DNA from: Microgenomates group bacterium
GTDB taxonomy: Bacteria > Patescibacteriota > Microgenomatia > Daviesbacterales > UBA10151
Assembly: GCA_041659805.1 (NCBI GenBank)
Contig: JBAZXP010000001.1
Location: 640,589-704,588, forward strand
Direction of reading: 5' to 3'
DNA: 64,000 nt
The number at the start of each line of letters is the position of its first letter. Position 1 is the stretch's first letter. Below the pieces are notes generated by a model. It ran no database searches. It worked only from the letters and a program-made list of their open reading frames with translations, and was not told the origin of the DNA. Below, one piece after another: positions 47,669 through 57,898 of this stretch. A program made the translations under genes and the position numbers.

Positions 47669-48268
47669 ATGAAGCTGATTGTCCTAGGTTTAGTAACAAT
47701 TTTTATTGGCGCTTTTATTGCCTTTTTTTACCCTGTTATTAAGGCAGAAATAAATTTATATTTTTTAAACCATAATGGCTTGAGGTTTCAGGTAGATGCA
47801 ATCCAAACAGAGAAAAGGCAGCTTATTCCTAATGATGATCAATTTGGGATAGTGATTAATAAGATTGCAGCTAACGGTAAAGTGCAGGAATTTGATGTTG
47901 TAAATAACAATCTCTCTTTAGAGTATTTTTTACAGCGTGGGTTGGTTCACCTGTCTGATTCTGCCAGGCCGGGTAGTATTGGAAATGTGGTAATAATCAC
48001 TCAAACGAGTGGTGGTTGGTATTGGTATACAAGAACAAATCCGGAGTTTTATTTAATTTATAAACTCATGCCGGGTGATGTTATTGAGGTTTTTTATAAA
48101 GGTGAAAGATTTGATTATATAGTTACAGAAAATAGTTGGGTTAGCGAGAAAAGGCTTGAAAATTACACTGCTGCATCTGATCAAAAAATATTAACTATTT
48201 TATCCGGTTGGCCTCCTGGTACAATGATGTTCCGCCTTGTTGTTCAGGCTAAAATGATAGAGCAGTAG
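47669..48268 (+). CDS. Sortase-fold protein (N-terminal TM plus sortase-like domain) with substituted catalytic residues
   Basis: By-eye alignment to SrtA places NVVIITQTSGG over NVSIAGHTF (the His position), GDVIEVFYKGERFDYIVTE over the beta6/7 region, and KILTILSGWPPGTMMFRLVVQA over QLTLITCDD...RKIFVA. The TLxTC Cys position is occupied by S/G and the His by Q. The conserved Arg is present. Confidence 0.5.
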   Translation: MKLIVLGLVTIFIGAFIAFFYPVIKAEINLYFLNHNGLRFQVDAIQTEKRQLIPNDDQFGIVINKIAANGKVQEFDVVNNNLSLEYFLQRGLVHLSDSARPGSIGNVVIITQTSGGWYWYTRTNPEFYLIYKLMPGDVIEVFYKGERFDYIVTENSWVSEKRLENYTAASDQKILTILSGWPPGTMMFRLVVQAKMIEQ

Positions 48269-48383
48269 TGATTTCGGGTCTTCTTCGTGTTAAAATAAGA
48301 ACCTGCTTCACTCGCTGAATTTATAATTTTCAGCTCGTTTGCAGAACCTTGCCTTTTCAGTTAGGCTGAAAAGGTGGTCTATT

Positions 48384-50357
48384 ATGGCAAATTTAAAGAT
48401 CATATCTGATTTTAAACCGACAGGAGACCAGCCACAAGCTATCGAAAAACTTGTAGTTGGTCTTAAGGCGGGAAAACAACATCAGGTTTTACTCGGCGTG
48501 ACAGGCAGTGGTAAAACCTTTAGTATGGCTAATGTTATTCAGAAGATAAACAAGCCAACCTTGATTATTTCTCACAATAAAACTTTGGCAGGACAATTAG
48601 CCCAGGAATTCAGGTCTTTGTTTCCTGAAAATGCTGTTGAATATTTTGTTTCTTATTATGATTATTATCAGCCTGAAGCATATGTTCCTCAATCAGATAC
48701 TTATATAGAAAAAGAGGCAATGGTTAATGATGAAATTGAAAAATTAAGGCTTTCTACCACAGCGTCACTTATGACCCGAAAAGATGTAATAGTAGTTGCT
48801 TCTGTTTCTGCAATTTACAACTTAGGTTCACCTGTTGAATACGGTTCTGCAGTTTTAGAAATTAAGGCAGGTATGAAAGCAACAATGCATTCCATATTAA
48901 AGTTTCTGACCTCAATTTATTATGAGAGAAATGATATAGATTTTCATAGAGGAACTTTCAGGTTAAGAGGAGACACGTTAGATATTTTTCCTGCCTATAA
49001 AGATACTGCTTTAAGAATTGAATTTTTAGGAGATGATATTGAGAAAATTTACTCTATGGATCCTGTTTCTGGGGAAACTATTCCTGTTTCTGAAGCTCAG
49101 GTAATTTATCCTTCAAAACATTATGTAACACCAATGCAAAGATTGATTCCTGCTGTAAAACAAATAGAAGAAGATTTAGAAATTAGATTAAAGCAGCTTA
49201 GGGATCAAAATAAGTTAGTAGAAGCACAAAGACTTGAACAGAGGACATCTTATGATTTGGAAATTATTAAACAATATGGATATTGTAACGGAATAGAAAA
49301 TTATTCCAGATATTTTGACGGGAGAGAACCTGGACAACCTCCATACAGCTTATTGGATTATTTTCCTGATGATTATTTATTACTTATTGATGAATCCCAC
49401 ATGTCTTTACCCCAAGTCAGGGGAATGTATAACGGAGACAGAGCCCGCAAAGAAACCTTAATCGATTTTGGTTTTAGGCTTCCTTCAGCGCTTGATAACA
49501 GACCATTAAAATTTGATGAATTTGTAAGAAAAATTAACCAGGTTGTATATGTTTCAGCTACCCCAAACGAATATGAATTATCTCTTGCAGGTAAGGACGG
49601 TGTGGCAGAACAATTAGTCAGACCAACAGGAATTTTGGATCCTATTATTGATGTCAGGCCCACAAAAAATCAGATTCAGGATTTATTAAGCGAAATTGAA
49701 ATAAGAGTTAAGAAAGGCGAGAGAACTTTAGTTACTACAATGACTAAGAGAATGGCAGAAGATTTATCAGAATATTTGCATGATAAAGGAATAAAAGTTA
49801 ATTATTTGCACTCAGATATTAAGACTATGGAAAGAGCAGATATTTTACAATCCCTAAGGATGGGAGAATATGATGTTATTGTCGGAATTAATTTACTCAG
49901 AGAAGGATTGGATTTACCAGAAGTTTCACTTGTTGCAATACTTGATGCAGACAAAGAGGGCTTTTTGAGATCAAGGTCTGCCTTGATTCAGAGCATGGGA
50001 AGGGCTGCAAGGCATATAGAAGGCAGGGTAATTATGTATGCAGATAAAGAGACTGGTTCCATGAAAGAGGCTATTGATGAGGTTTCAAGGCGTAGGCAAT
50101 ATCAGGAAAAATTTAATAAAAAGCACAATATTACTCCAAAACCAATTATTAAGGCCTTAAGAGATAGATTAATCGATAAAGTTGAAGAATTGGAAAGTGA
50201 GTTAGGTAAAAAGGATTTTTCTATTGCTGATATTCCAGAAGCAGAAAGACAAAGAATGATTAAAAATTTGGAAGCTCAAATGAAACAGGCTGCAGAGATT
50301 CAGGATTTTGAAGAAGCAGCTAAAATAAGAGATCAGATTAAAGAACTAAGTATTTAA
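48384..50357 (+). CDS. uvrB: Excinuclease ABC subunit B
   Basis: ATG at 48384, preceded by the [34 protein letters not shown], Walker [10 protein letters not shown], helicase motifs, and a C-terminal UVR domain ([16 protein letters not shown]). Confidence 0.9.
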   Translation: MANLKIISDFKPTGDQPQAIEKLVVGLKAGKQHQVLLGVTGSGKTFSMANVIQKINKPTLIISHNKTLAGQLAQEFRSLFPENAVEYFVSYYDYYQPEAYVPQSDTYIEKEAMVNDEIEKLRLSTTASLMTRKDVIVVASVSAIYNLGSPVEYGSAVLEIKAGMKATMHSILKFLTSIYYERNDIDFHRGTFRLRGDTLDIFPAYKDTALRIEFLGDDIEKIYSMDPVSGETIPVSEAQVIYPSKHYVTPMQRLIPAVKQIEEDLEIRLKQLRDQNKLVEAQRLEQRTSYDLEIIKQYGYCNGIENYSRYFDGREPGQPPYSLLDYFPDDYLLLIDESHMSLPQVRGMYNGDRARKETLIDFGFRLPSALDNRPLKFDEFVRKINQVVYVSATPNEYELSLAGKDGVAEQLVRPTGILDPIIDVRPTKNQIQDLLSEIEIRVKKGERTLVTTMTKRMAEDLSEYLHDKGIKVNYLHSDIKTMERADILQSLRMGEYDVIVGINLLREGLDLPEVSLVAILDADKEGFLRSRSALIQSMGRAARHIEGRVIMYADKETGSMKEAIDEVSRRRQYQEKFNKKHNITPKPIIKALRDRLIDKVEELESELGKKDFSIADIPEAERQRMIKNLEAQMKQAAEIQDFEEAAKIRDQIKELSI

Positions 50358-50689
50358 AATCTTGGTATAACCCTTGCAACTTGGTTGGCTGTGTTTCGAA
50401 TAATTAAAAACCAATACTTAAGGTTTCTTCTTGGATTGTACATATTTTCTTTATCACAGGTATTTGAAGATCCTACAATTTCTTCCTTATCACCACAAGT
50501 TATATATCCAATTTCTAAATGGCTGGCGATATTTGTTAAGATTCTGGAATAACTTCTTTGTGACATACCCCTCTTTTTACCTTTTGCATGTCTATTTAAA
50601 AAATTAACGCCAATTTGTATTGGTTTAATATTCTCATCTCGTACGTAATATTTGCAGAATCCACAGATATGAGTGTTAGCTTCTTTCAT
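50354..50689 (-). CDS. Hypothetical Cys-containing small protein, a possible zinc-ribbon or IS-remnant
   Basis: A 111-aa product. It has CGFC plus a later C-x11-C pair and basic patches. It is wedged between uvrB and uvrA. No confident family. Confidence 0.3.
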   Translation of the reverse strand: MKEANTHICGFCKYYVRDENIKPIQIGVNFLNRHAKGKKRGMSQRSYSRILTNIASHLEIGYITCGDKEEIVGSSNTCDKENMYNPRRNLKYWFLIIRNTANQVARVIPRF

Positions 50690-50799
50690 ACTTGGCTATT
50701 TTAGACCTCTAAAAAACTTAAAGCAACCCTTTAATAGCAAATGTTGACAAAAAGGAATACAATATATTGTGTTAATCAATTTGCTGTAGTCAATCTAGG

Positions 50800-51054
50800 G
50801 TGAAATTTATGTTAACAGAGAAGGAATTATATTTTCCTGTAAAAAATGAAGGTATCCGCGTGAATAGCGAGAAATTTTTTGTTGTTACAAAACATCCTAG
50901 AACCTGTAAGGCTCATTTAGGAGAAATTAGCTTATTGGGTAAAGAAGTAAAATTTAGTAGTGAATTAAAAAGAACTTCAATTTATCTGGGAATTACTATG
51001 GATAATTTTATAGGATACATGGATGTATTAAGTAATTTGGTGAATCATAAATAG
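50800..51054 (+). CDS. Hypothetical small protein
   Basis: An 84-aa ORF between uvrB and uvrA. Not recognised. Confidence 0.25.
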   Translation: MKFMLTEKELYFPVKNEGIRVNSEKFFVVTKHPRTCKAHLGEISLLGKEVKFSSELKRTSIYLGITMDNFIGYMDVLSNLVNHK

Positions 51055-51178
51055 GAATCTCCTTACCCCTTTTAAAAGTTTCTAAAAACTGTTAAAATAG
51101 ATTGTTTCTTTTCGGGAAAACTTCGTATGAGTACAGACCCTCTTTCGCGTAAAGCTACAGAGGGCAAGTAAAATTATT

Positions 51179-54091
51179 ATGAAAGACTTAATTATTATTA
51201 AAGGAGCAAGAGAACATAATCTAAAAAATATTGATCTTGAGATTCCAAAAAACAAATTGGTTGTATTAACCGGACTTTCGGGGTCTGGTAAATCTTCATT
51301 GGCTTTTGACACTCTTTATGCAGAAGGTCAAAGACGTTATGTTGAATCCCTTTCTTCTTATGCCAGGCAATTCTTAGGTATTATGGATAAACCTGATGTA
51401 GATTATATTGAAGGGCTGTCTCCTGCAATTTCCATTGATCAAAAAAGCGCTTCTCATAATCCAAGATCAACAGTCGGTACAACCACAGAAATTTATGATT
51501 ATTTAAGGCTGCTTTATGCCAGAATTGGTCACCCACATTGCCCTGTCTGTGGTCAGGAAGTTTCCAGAATGAGTGTAGAACAAATAACGCAAAGCGTTAC
51601 CCTGAGCGAAGTCGAAGGGTCTGCTGTTCAAAAAGGCAAGAGGATTATGATTTTGGCTCCGGTTATTAAAGACAGAAAAGGTGAATATAGTCAGCTTTTT
51701 ACTGATTTAAAGAAAAAAGGATTTTCTAAGGTTAGGGTTGATGGACATGTCAGGGATCTATCAGACGATGATTTTGTGCTCATTAAGACAAACAAACATA
51801 CTATAGATGCAGTTGTCGACCGTCTTGTGTTAGATAAAAACTCTGTTAAAGATCCAAATATATTACTCCGTTTGAGCCAAAGCTTGGAAACAGCGCTAAA
51901 GCTCGGAGAAGGATTTGCGATAGTTTCAGATGTGCTTGATGCATCTTTAGAATTTCCGGCAAATCCTATAAAAATGAATGATACTTTATATTCAGAAAAG
52001 TTTGCTTGTCCTAAATGTAATATCGCATTACCTGAAATTGAGCCAAGAACTTTTTCTTTTAACTCACCGCATGGGGCTTGTCCGACTTGCACTGGGCTAG
52101 GCTCACTTCTGAAAATTGATCCAGAATCTATTTTAAATCCAATTTTAACTATTGCTGAAGGAGGAGTTTTAGCTTGGTCACATTTAGGAGAAACTGAAAC
52201 ATGGTTCAGCAGACTTATTAAATCTGTTGGTGAAGAATATGGATTTAGTTTAAATATAAGATTGGGTGAATACAGTGATGAACAAAAGAAAATATTGCTT
52301 TACGGAGCAGGTGACAAACAATTTAAAGTATCTGGTAAAAATCGTGAAGGAAGAATGACCCAATTTATGGCTTCTTTTGAAGGTTTGATAGTTAATTTGG
52401 AACGCAGATATCAGGAAACAGAATCAGAATTTGTTAAAAGGGAAATTGAAAAATATATGGTGACAGAGGAATGTCCGGAATGTCACGGAGCAAGGCTTAA
52501 AAAAGAGGCCTTATCAATAACCGTTAATGATTTTAATATTAGTCAAATGACAGCATTGGCAATAAGAGGAGCTCTCGATTGGGTGGAGAAATTAAAATCT
52601 CCCGTTTTAAATAACAGGGATTTAACAATTGCAGAATCTATAGTTAAGGAAATAAAAGCAAGATTACAATTCTTGATTGACGTGGGACTTGATTATTTAA
52701 CGCTAGACCGGGCTTCAATGACGCTAGCTGGAGGAGAAGCTCAAAGAATAAGACTTGCTTCACAAATCGGTTCCGGTTTATCAGGTGTTTTGTATGTGCT
52801 TGATGAACCATCTATTGGATTACATCAAAGAGACAATAGCAGATTAATTATTACTTTAAAAAGACTGAGAGATTTGGGAAATACTGTGGTAGTGGTGGAA
52901 CATGATGCAGAAACTATGGAAAACGCTGATTATTTAATTGATTTTGGTCCTGGAGCAGGTGAGCATGGAGGAAATATTGTGGCTCAAGGAACACCGAAAG
53001 AAGTAAAGCATAACCCCGACTCATTAACAGGAAAGTATCTATCAGGTAAAAAAAGGGTTGGCGTTGAAAGCAGTTTGAATAAGATTCAAAAAAATATGGG
53101 TGAGTTAAAAGTTATTGGCGCATCAGAACATAATTTAAAAAATATTAATGTCAGTTTTCCTTTGGGTAAATTTGTAACTGTAACCGGTGTTAGCGGATCA
53201 GGAAAATCAACGCTGGTTCATGATATTTTGTATAAATCTTTAGCTTCGAAGTATTATCACTCTAAAGATAAAATCGGACAACACGAAAAAATTGAAGGCA
53301 CAGAAAATATTGATAAAGTTGTCATGGTTGATCAATCGCCCATCGGTAGAACACCGAGGTCTAATCCGGCAACTTATACAGGAGCGTTTACTTTTATCAG
53401 AGAATTGTTTGCAAATTCTCCTGAGGCAAAGGTTAGGGGATATGGACCCGGAAGATTTAGTTTTAACGTTAAGGGGGGACGATGTGAGGTTTGTGAAGGA
53501 GAGGGTCAGATTAAAATTGAAATGCAATTTTTGCCAGACGTTTATGTTGACTGCGAATCCTGTAACGGAAAAAGATATAACAGGGAAGCTTTAGAAATTA
53601 CTTTTAAGGAAAAAAATATTGCGGAAGTTTTAGATATGACTGTTGAAGAGTCATTAAGCTTTTTTAATAATATTCCGCAAATAAAGAATAAACTGGAAGT
53701 TTTAAATGATGTAGGTCTTGGTTATATAAGATTAGGTCAGCCTGCACCAACTCTTTCCGGTGGTGAAGCACAAAGAATTAAATTAAGTTCAGAACTTTCT
53801 AAAAGACAAACAGGTAAAACCGTATATATTTTGGATGAACCGACAACTGGTTTACATTTTGCAGATATTGAAAGGTTATTAACGATACTTCGAAAACTGG
53901 TAAATTTCGGTAATACTGTAATTATTATTGAACATAATCTGGATGTTATAAAAAATACAGACTGGATTATAGATTTAGGACCTGAAGGTGGAGTTGGGGG
54001 AGGAACAATTATTGCAGAAGGCACACCTAAAGATATAGGTCGAAACAAAAACTCAATTACCGGTTCATATTTAGCGCAGGTTTTAGCGTAA
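51179..54091 (+). CDS. uvrA: Excinuclease ABC subunit A
   Basis: A 970-aa product. Two ABC modules (GLSGSGKSS and GVSGSGKST Walker A motifs, two LSGGEAQR signatures) and zinc-finger Cys clusters (CPVCGQ, CPKCN, CPTCTG, CEVCEGEG, CESCNGK). Confidence 0.9.
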   Translation: MKDLIIIKGAREHNLKNIDLEIPKNKLVVLTGLSGSGKSSLAFDTLYAEGQRRYVESLSSYARQFLGIMDKPDVDYIEGLSPAISIDQKSASHNPRSTVGTTTEIYDYLRLLYARIGHPHCPVCGQEVSRMSVEQITQSVTLSEVEGSAVQKGKRIMILAPVIKDRKGEYSQLFTDLKKKGFSKVRVDGHVRDLSDDDFVLIKTNKHTIDAVVDRLVLDKNSVKDPNILLRLSQSLETALKLGEGFAIVSDVLDASLEFPANPIKMNDTLYSEKFACPKCNIALPEIEPRTFSFNSPHGACPTCTGLGSLLKIDPESILNPILTIAEGGVLAWSHLGETETWFSRLIKSVGEEYGFSLNIRLGEYSDEQKKILLYGAGDKQFKVSGKNREGRMTQFMASFEGLIVNLERRYQETESEFVKREIEKYMVTEECPECHGARLKKEALSITVNDFNISQMTALAIRGALDWVEKLKSPVLNNRDLTIAESIVKEIKARLQFLIDVGLDYLTLDRASMTLAGGEAQRIRLASQIGSGLSGVLYVLDEPSIGLHQRDNSRLIITLKRLRDLGNTVVVVEHDAETMENADYLIDFGPGAGEHGGNIVAQGTPKEVKHNPDSLTGKYLSGKKRVGVESSLNKIQKNMGELKVIGASEHNLKNINVSFPLGKFVTVTGVSGSGKSTLVHDILYKSLASKYYHSKDKIGQHEKIEGTENIDKVVMVDQSPIGRTPRSNPATYTGAFTFIRELFANSPEAKVRGYGPGRFSFNVKGGRCEVCEGEGQIKIEMQFLPDVYVDCESCNGKRYNREALEITFKEKNIAEVLDMTVEESLSFFNNIPQIKNKLEVLNDVGLGYIRLGQPAPTLSGGEAQRIKLSSELSKRQTGKTVYILDEPTTGLHFADIERLLTILRKLVNFGNTVIIIEHNLDVIKNTDWIIDLGPEGGVGGGTIIAEGTPKDIGRNKNSITGSYLAQVLA

Positions 54092-54112
54092 AATATTTGT
54101 TACAATTATAGT

Positions 54113-55948
54113 ATGCTCCGCAAATTTATTCTGATCTTTTTATTATTCCTAATTTTTGTCGTACTTCCTAAAAATGTGAGCGCTGCCAGTGAATTTGAGA
54201 CTGATTATAAAGTTAGCTATGATGTGACTGAAGACGGTGTAACTCAGGTTGCAGAAAAAATAACTCTGACAAATTTAACCGAGACTTACTATGCTTCTAC
54301 TTTTGTTCTGACTATTGGTTCGACATCTCTTGGTGACGTGTCTGCTATAGATGGTGGCGGAGTAATGGAGGCAAAATCCGAAGTTAAAGATAATAAAACA
54401 GTAGTCACATTAAAATTTAACGAACAGATTACGGGTATAGATAAGACGCAAACCTTCACATTAAAATATAAATCCAATGATTTTGCTTTAAAAATCGGTA
54501 AAAACTGGGAAGTAAATTTGCCACGAATTCATGAAGGAGAAGATATAAAAACTTTTAATGTTGCGCTTTCTGTTCCCCTGAGTTTTGGAGAACCCACTTC
54601 AATTACTCCGAAACCAAAATCCGAGTCTGATGGCGCAGGAAAATTGGTTTTAAATTTTACTAAAGATCAGTTGGCAAATAGCGGTGTTTCAGTCAACTTC
54701 GGCAGTAATCAGGTTTTTGATTTTAACCTTAAATATAATCTAAATAATAATTCTTTTTTCCCTACGGTTGTATCAATCAGTTTGCCAATGAATACAAATT
54801 ATCAGGATGTTTTAATAAATTCCATTAACCCAAAACCGTTAAATGTGACAACTGATTTAGATGGAAATTACTTGGCTTGGTATCAAATTCAAAAGCGTTC
54901 TTCAGAGCAAGTTACAGTTTCAGGTTCTGTTAAGTTATATATAAATCCCAAAACTAACACAACAAAATTAACTAAGGCTCAAGTTTCAGGTTTAACAAAG
55001 TCTGATAAGTATTGGGAAAGAGATAACCCCAGTATTAAAGCAGTGAACGCTGAAATATTTAAAAACGGGAAGCCAAAAACCACCGAAGAACAAGTTCATC
55101 AAATTTATCAGTATTTGGTAAATACTTTAAAATATAATTCTGCTATATCTGAACAAACAAGGCTCGGTGCACTAACGTCCCTTTCAAATTTAGATAGATC
55201 GAAAGCATTAGAGTTTACAGATCTTTTTATCGCACTTGTTAGGGCAGACGGTATCCCGGCAAGAGGGCTTGATGGTATAGCATACAGTCAGAATAAAACT
55301 TTAAGGCCACTTTCTCTAATTCCTGATGTGACTCATTCATGGACCGAGTATTTCGATGAACATTCTGGTTGGGTTATGGTAGATCCAACATGGGAACAAA
55401 CATCGGGTGGTGTAGATTATTTTAACAAACTTGATTTAAACCATTTCGTAATTAATATTAGAGGAGAGTCCTCAACCAGTCCAACTGCAGCTACTGTCGC
55501 CGAGATGACAGTTTCTCCAAATGAATTTGCTCCGAATTCTTCACCTCAAATAGATTTGGATGTAAAACCTGAACTTTGGGTAGGGTTGCCGGGAATTTTT
55601 AAAGTAATAATTCAAAATAATGGGAGTATCACAATTCCATCAAACAGCATAAATATCAGCGCAGGTAGAATTAATTTATTAGACTCAAAAGAGATTACTG
55701 TAGATCAAATCCCTCCTTTTGGTTCCACAACCTTTGATGTGAATTTCAGAACCCCGTTTTTAAATGAATATACTACTGATGAGATAGTTGTAAATTATAT
55801 GGGCAAACAATATACGAAGAAGGTTGCGCTCACCCCGTTTTTCTTACTAAGCTTGCTTCCTTACTTGTTCAGATTTGCTGTATTTTTGGTTGTATTTATG
55901 TATTTTTTAGTTTTAGGTGTACATGCCCACAAAAGAAGAAAAAGGTAG
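54113..55948 (+). CDS. Secreted transglutaminase-like superfamily protein with a C-terminal membrane anchor. The canonical Cys appears absent.
   Basis: Signal peptide. The TGase-like core is FTDLFIALVRADGIPARGLDGIAY...DVTHSWTEYFDEHSGWVMVDPTW, with the His and Asp present but T/D where the Cys motif would be. The C-terminus has a hydrophobic helix plus HKRRKR. Confidence 0.5.
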   Translation: MLRKFILIFLLFLIFVVLPKNVSAASEFETDYKVSYDVTEDGVTQVAEKITLTNLTETYYASTFVLTIGSTSLGDVSAIDGGGVMEAKSEVKDNKTVVTLKFNEQITGIDKTQTFTLKYKSNDFALKIGKNWEVNLPRIHEGEDIKTFNVALSVPLSFGEPTSITPKPKSESDGAGKLVLNFTKDQLANSGVSVNFGSNQVFDFNLKYNLNNNSFFPTVVSISLPMNTNYQDVLINSINPKPLNVTTDLDGNYLAWYQIQKRSSEQVTVSGSVKLYINPKTNTTKLTKAQVSGLTKSDKYWERDNPSIKAVNAEIFKNGKPKTTEEQVHQIYQYLVNTLKYNSAISEQTRLGALTSLSNLDRSKALEFTDLFIALVRADGIPARGLDGIAYSQNKTLRPLSLIPDVTHSWTEYFDEHSGWVMVDPTWEQTSGGVDYFNKLDLNHFVINIRGESSTSPTAATVAEMTVSPNEFAPNSSPQIDLDVKPELWVGLPGIFKVIIQNNGSITIPSNSINISAGRINLLDSKEITVDQIPPFGSTTFDVNFRTPFLNEYTTDEIVVNYMGKQYTKKVALTPFFLLSLLPYLFRFAVFLVVFMYFLVLGVHAHKRRKR

Positions 55949-55951
55949 CAA

Positions 55952-57193
55952 ATGATTCCGCAATTTATTGATAAGTCTAAAATTCCGCACAAACCCGGTA
56001 TATATATCTACAAAGATAGCGCCGGTAACATTTTATATGTCGGAAAAGCAATTGATCTTTATCACAGGGTTTCTTCATATTTTATGGGCTCACATGATCT
56101 TAAAACAACACAACTGGTTTCTGAAATAAAAAGTCTTGAAACAATTATTGTGGATTCGGAATTTGAAGCACTGATCTTAGAAGCAAATTTAATAAAGCAA
56201 TACCTTCCTCCCTTTAATATCAAACTGATAGATGGTAAGGATTATCTTTACATTAAAATTACCAGTGAAGTTTACCCTCAAATACTGGTTGCCAGAAAAC
56301 AGGATTTATCAGACGCAAAAGAATACTTTGGACCTTTTCCGTCAGGAAAAACTGTTCGAACTACGTTAAAAAAATTACGTAGGATTTTTCCCTGGTGTTC
56401 AAATCCTGATGGTAAGAGACCATGTTTTTATTATCATTTGAATTTATGTGTCGGTCCCTGCGCAGGAGCAATTGATAAAAATGAATACAATAAAATGATT
56501 AAACAATTTTCAAAATTCATGCAGGGTAAAAAAGAAGAGGTGTTAAAAGAATATGAAAAGGAGATGAAATATTATGTTACAAATTTGGAATTCGAAAAAG
56601 CAGAACAGATTAAAAAAACCGTTACAGGATTAAAGTACCTGCTTCAGAGCAGCGATACATCTATTTATTTGGAAAATCCTAATTTTGTTGAGGATCAAAC
56701 TAAAAAAGCATTGGAGAATTTAAAAGCAGTATTAAATCTTGAAAGTATTCCGGAGAGAATTGAATGTTTCGATATTTCAAATATTATGGGGAAGCAGGCT
56801 GTTGGTTCTTTGGTTGTTTTAAGTAACGGAGAGGTTGATAAAAAATGGTACCGACGTTTCAAAATAAAATTACAAGGGAAGCCGAATGATACACTGATGA
56901 TGAGAGAAATGGTTGGAAGGAGATGCAAACATGATGAATGGCCTAAACCGGATTTAATATTAGTTGATGGGGGGAAGCCTCAGGTTGGCGCAGTAATAAA
57001 GGAGCTTGAACAAAAGAGTTGGGATGTTCCTGTTTTTGGGCTGGCTAAAAAGATGGAGTGGGTTGTTGCGGGTGATTATTCAATTATTAAATTGCCAAGG
57101 GTATCCCTAGCTTTAAAATTGTTGCAGAAAATTAGGGATGAAGCTCACCGTTTTGCGATTACATATCATAGAAAATTACGGAAAGCTTTTTAG
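55952..57193 (+). CDS. uvrC: Excinuclease ABC subunit C, short form: GIY-YIG, UvrBC-interaction and RNase H-like domains, with no C-terminal (HhH)2
   Basis: GIY-YIG is PGIYIYKDSAGNILYVGKAIDL. The Cys-rich region is CSNPDGKRPCFYYHLNLCVGPC. The UVR domain is LEFEKAEQIKKTVTGL. The RNase H-like region is ECFDISN...LILVDGGKPQ. The protein ends at 413 aa. Confidence 0.8.
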   Translation: MIPQFIDKSKIPHKPGIYIYKDSAGNILYVGKAIDLYHRVSSYFMGSHDLKTTQLVSEIKSLETIIVDSEFEALILEANLIKQYLPPFNIKLIDGKDYLYIKITSEVYPQILVARKQDLSDAKEYFGPFPSGKTVRTTLKKLRRIFPWCSNPDGKRPCFYYHLNLCVGPCAGAIDKNEYNKMIKQFSKFMQGKKEEVLKEYEKEMKYYVTNLEFEKAEQIKKTVTGLKYLLQSSDTSIYLENPNFVEDQTKKALENLKAVLNLESIPERIECFDISNIMGKQAVGSLVVLSNGEVDKKWYRRFKIKLQGKPNDTLMMREMVGRRCKHDEWPKPDLILVDGGKPQVGAVIKELEQKSWDVPVFGLAKKMEWVVAGDYSIIKLPRVSLALKLLQKIRDEAHRFAITYHRKLRKAF

Positions 57194-57220
57194 TATTAAG
57201 GTTGTATAATAAGTTAATAG

Positions 57221-57622
57221 ATGAAATCTATAGTCAGAAATTATTTAATTAATTTAGGGGCGCTATGGGTAACCACACAAATTCTACCTGCATTAACCAT
57301 TGTTGGTGGTGCAAAAGGGTTATTAATAGGAGCGCTGGCTTTTATGATTGCCAATATTTTACTTGTTCCTTTACTCAGAGTTCTTCTCTTACCTCTTAAC
57401 TTGCTTACTTTAGGGTTATTTGCTTGGTTAAGTAATGTTCTTGCATTATATTTCTTGGTTAATGTAGTCCCTTATTTTAAAGTGACAGCATATACTTTTA
57501 ATGGTGTTTATTGGCAGGGTTTTTCTATTCCTGCAGTCGATTTATCAGTTTTTCATGTTGTAATTATTGCTTCATTTCTACTGGGTTTTATTATTCATTT
57601 CACAACCTGGTTGATCAAATAA
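57221..57622 (+). CDS. Small polytopic membrane protein (DUF360/YvlD-like?)
   Basis: A 133-aa product with four hydrophobic helices. Family assignment is uncertain. Confidence 0.35.
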   Translation: MKSIVRNYLINLGALWVTTQILPALTIVGGAKGLLIGALAFMIANILLVPLLRVLLLPLNLLTLGLFAWLSNVLALYFLVNVVPYFKVTAYTFNGVYWQGFSIPAVDLSVFHVVIIASFLLGFIIHFTTWLIK

Positions 57623-57682
57623 TCTAACCTTTGATAATTTTACTAAAAAGTGTAAAATTAAAGTCGCAATTAAACAAAAAAC

Positions 57683-57898
57683 ATGAACAATATTATTACA
57701 ATTATTCAGATGGCTTTAGGGGTACTTTTGATTGTTCTAATTCTTTTACAATCTAAGGGAGCTGGTTTAGGTTCTGCATTTGGGGGAGATATGGGTTTTT
57801 ACAGGACCAAAAGAGGCTTTGAGAAGCTACTTTTTAACGCAACCATTGTTGTGACAACATTATTTATAGTTACTTCTATAATCGAATTAATCAGGTGA
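57683..57898 (+). CDS. secG: Preprotein translocase subunit SecG
   Basis: A 71-aa product. MNNIITIIQMALGVLLIVLILLQSKGAGLGSAFGG is the SecG signature (LLQ..G.GLG..FGG), with two TM helices. Confidence 0.7.
   Translation: MNNIITIIQMALGVLLIVLILLQSKGAGLGSAFGGDMGFYRTKRGFEKLLFNATIVVTTLFIVTSIIELIR

Noticed and set aside
50354-50689. Calling the Cys-containing ORF between uvrB and uvrA a transposase or TnpB fragment
   Set aside because: There are only weak CxxC-type hints and no DDE/RuvC motifs or terminal inverted repeats, so it is kept as hypothetical.
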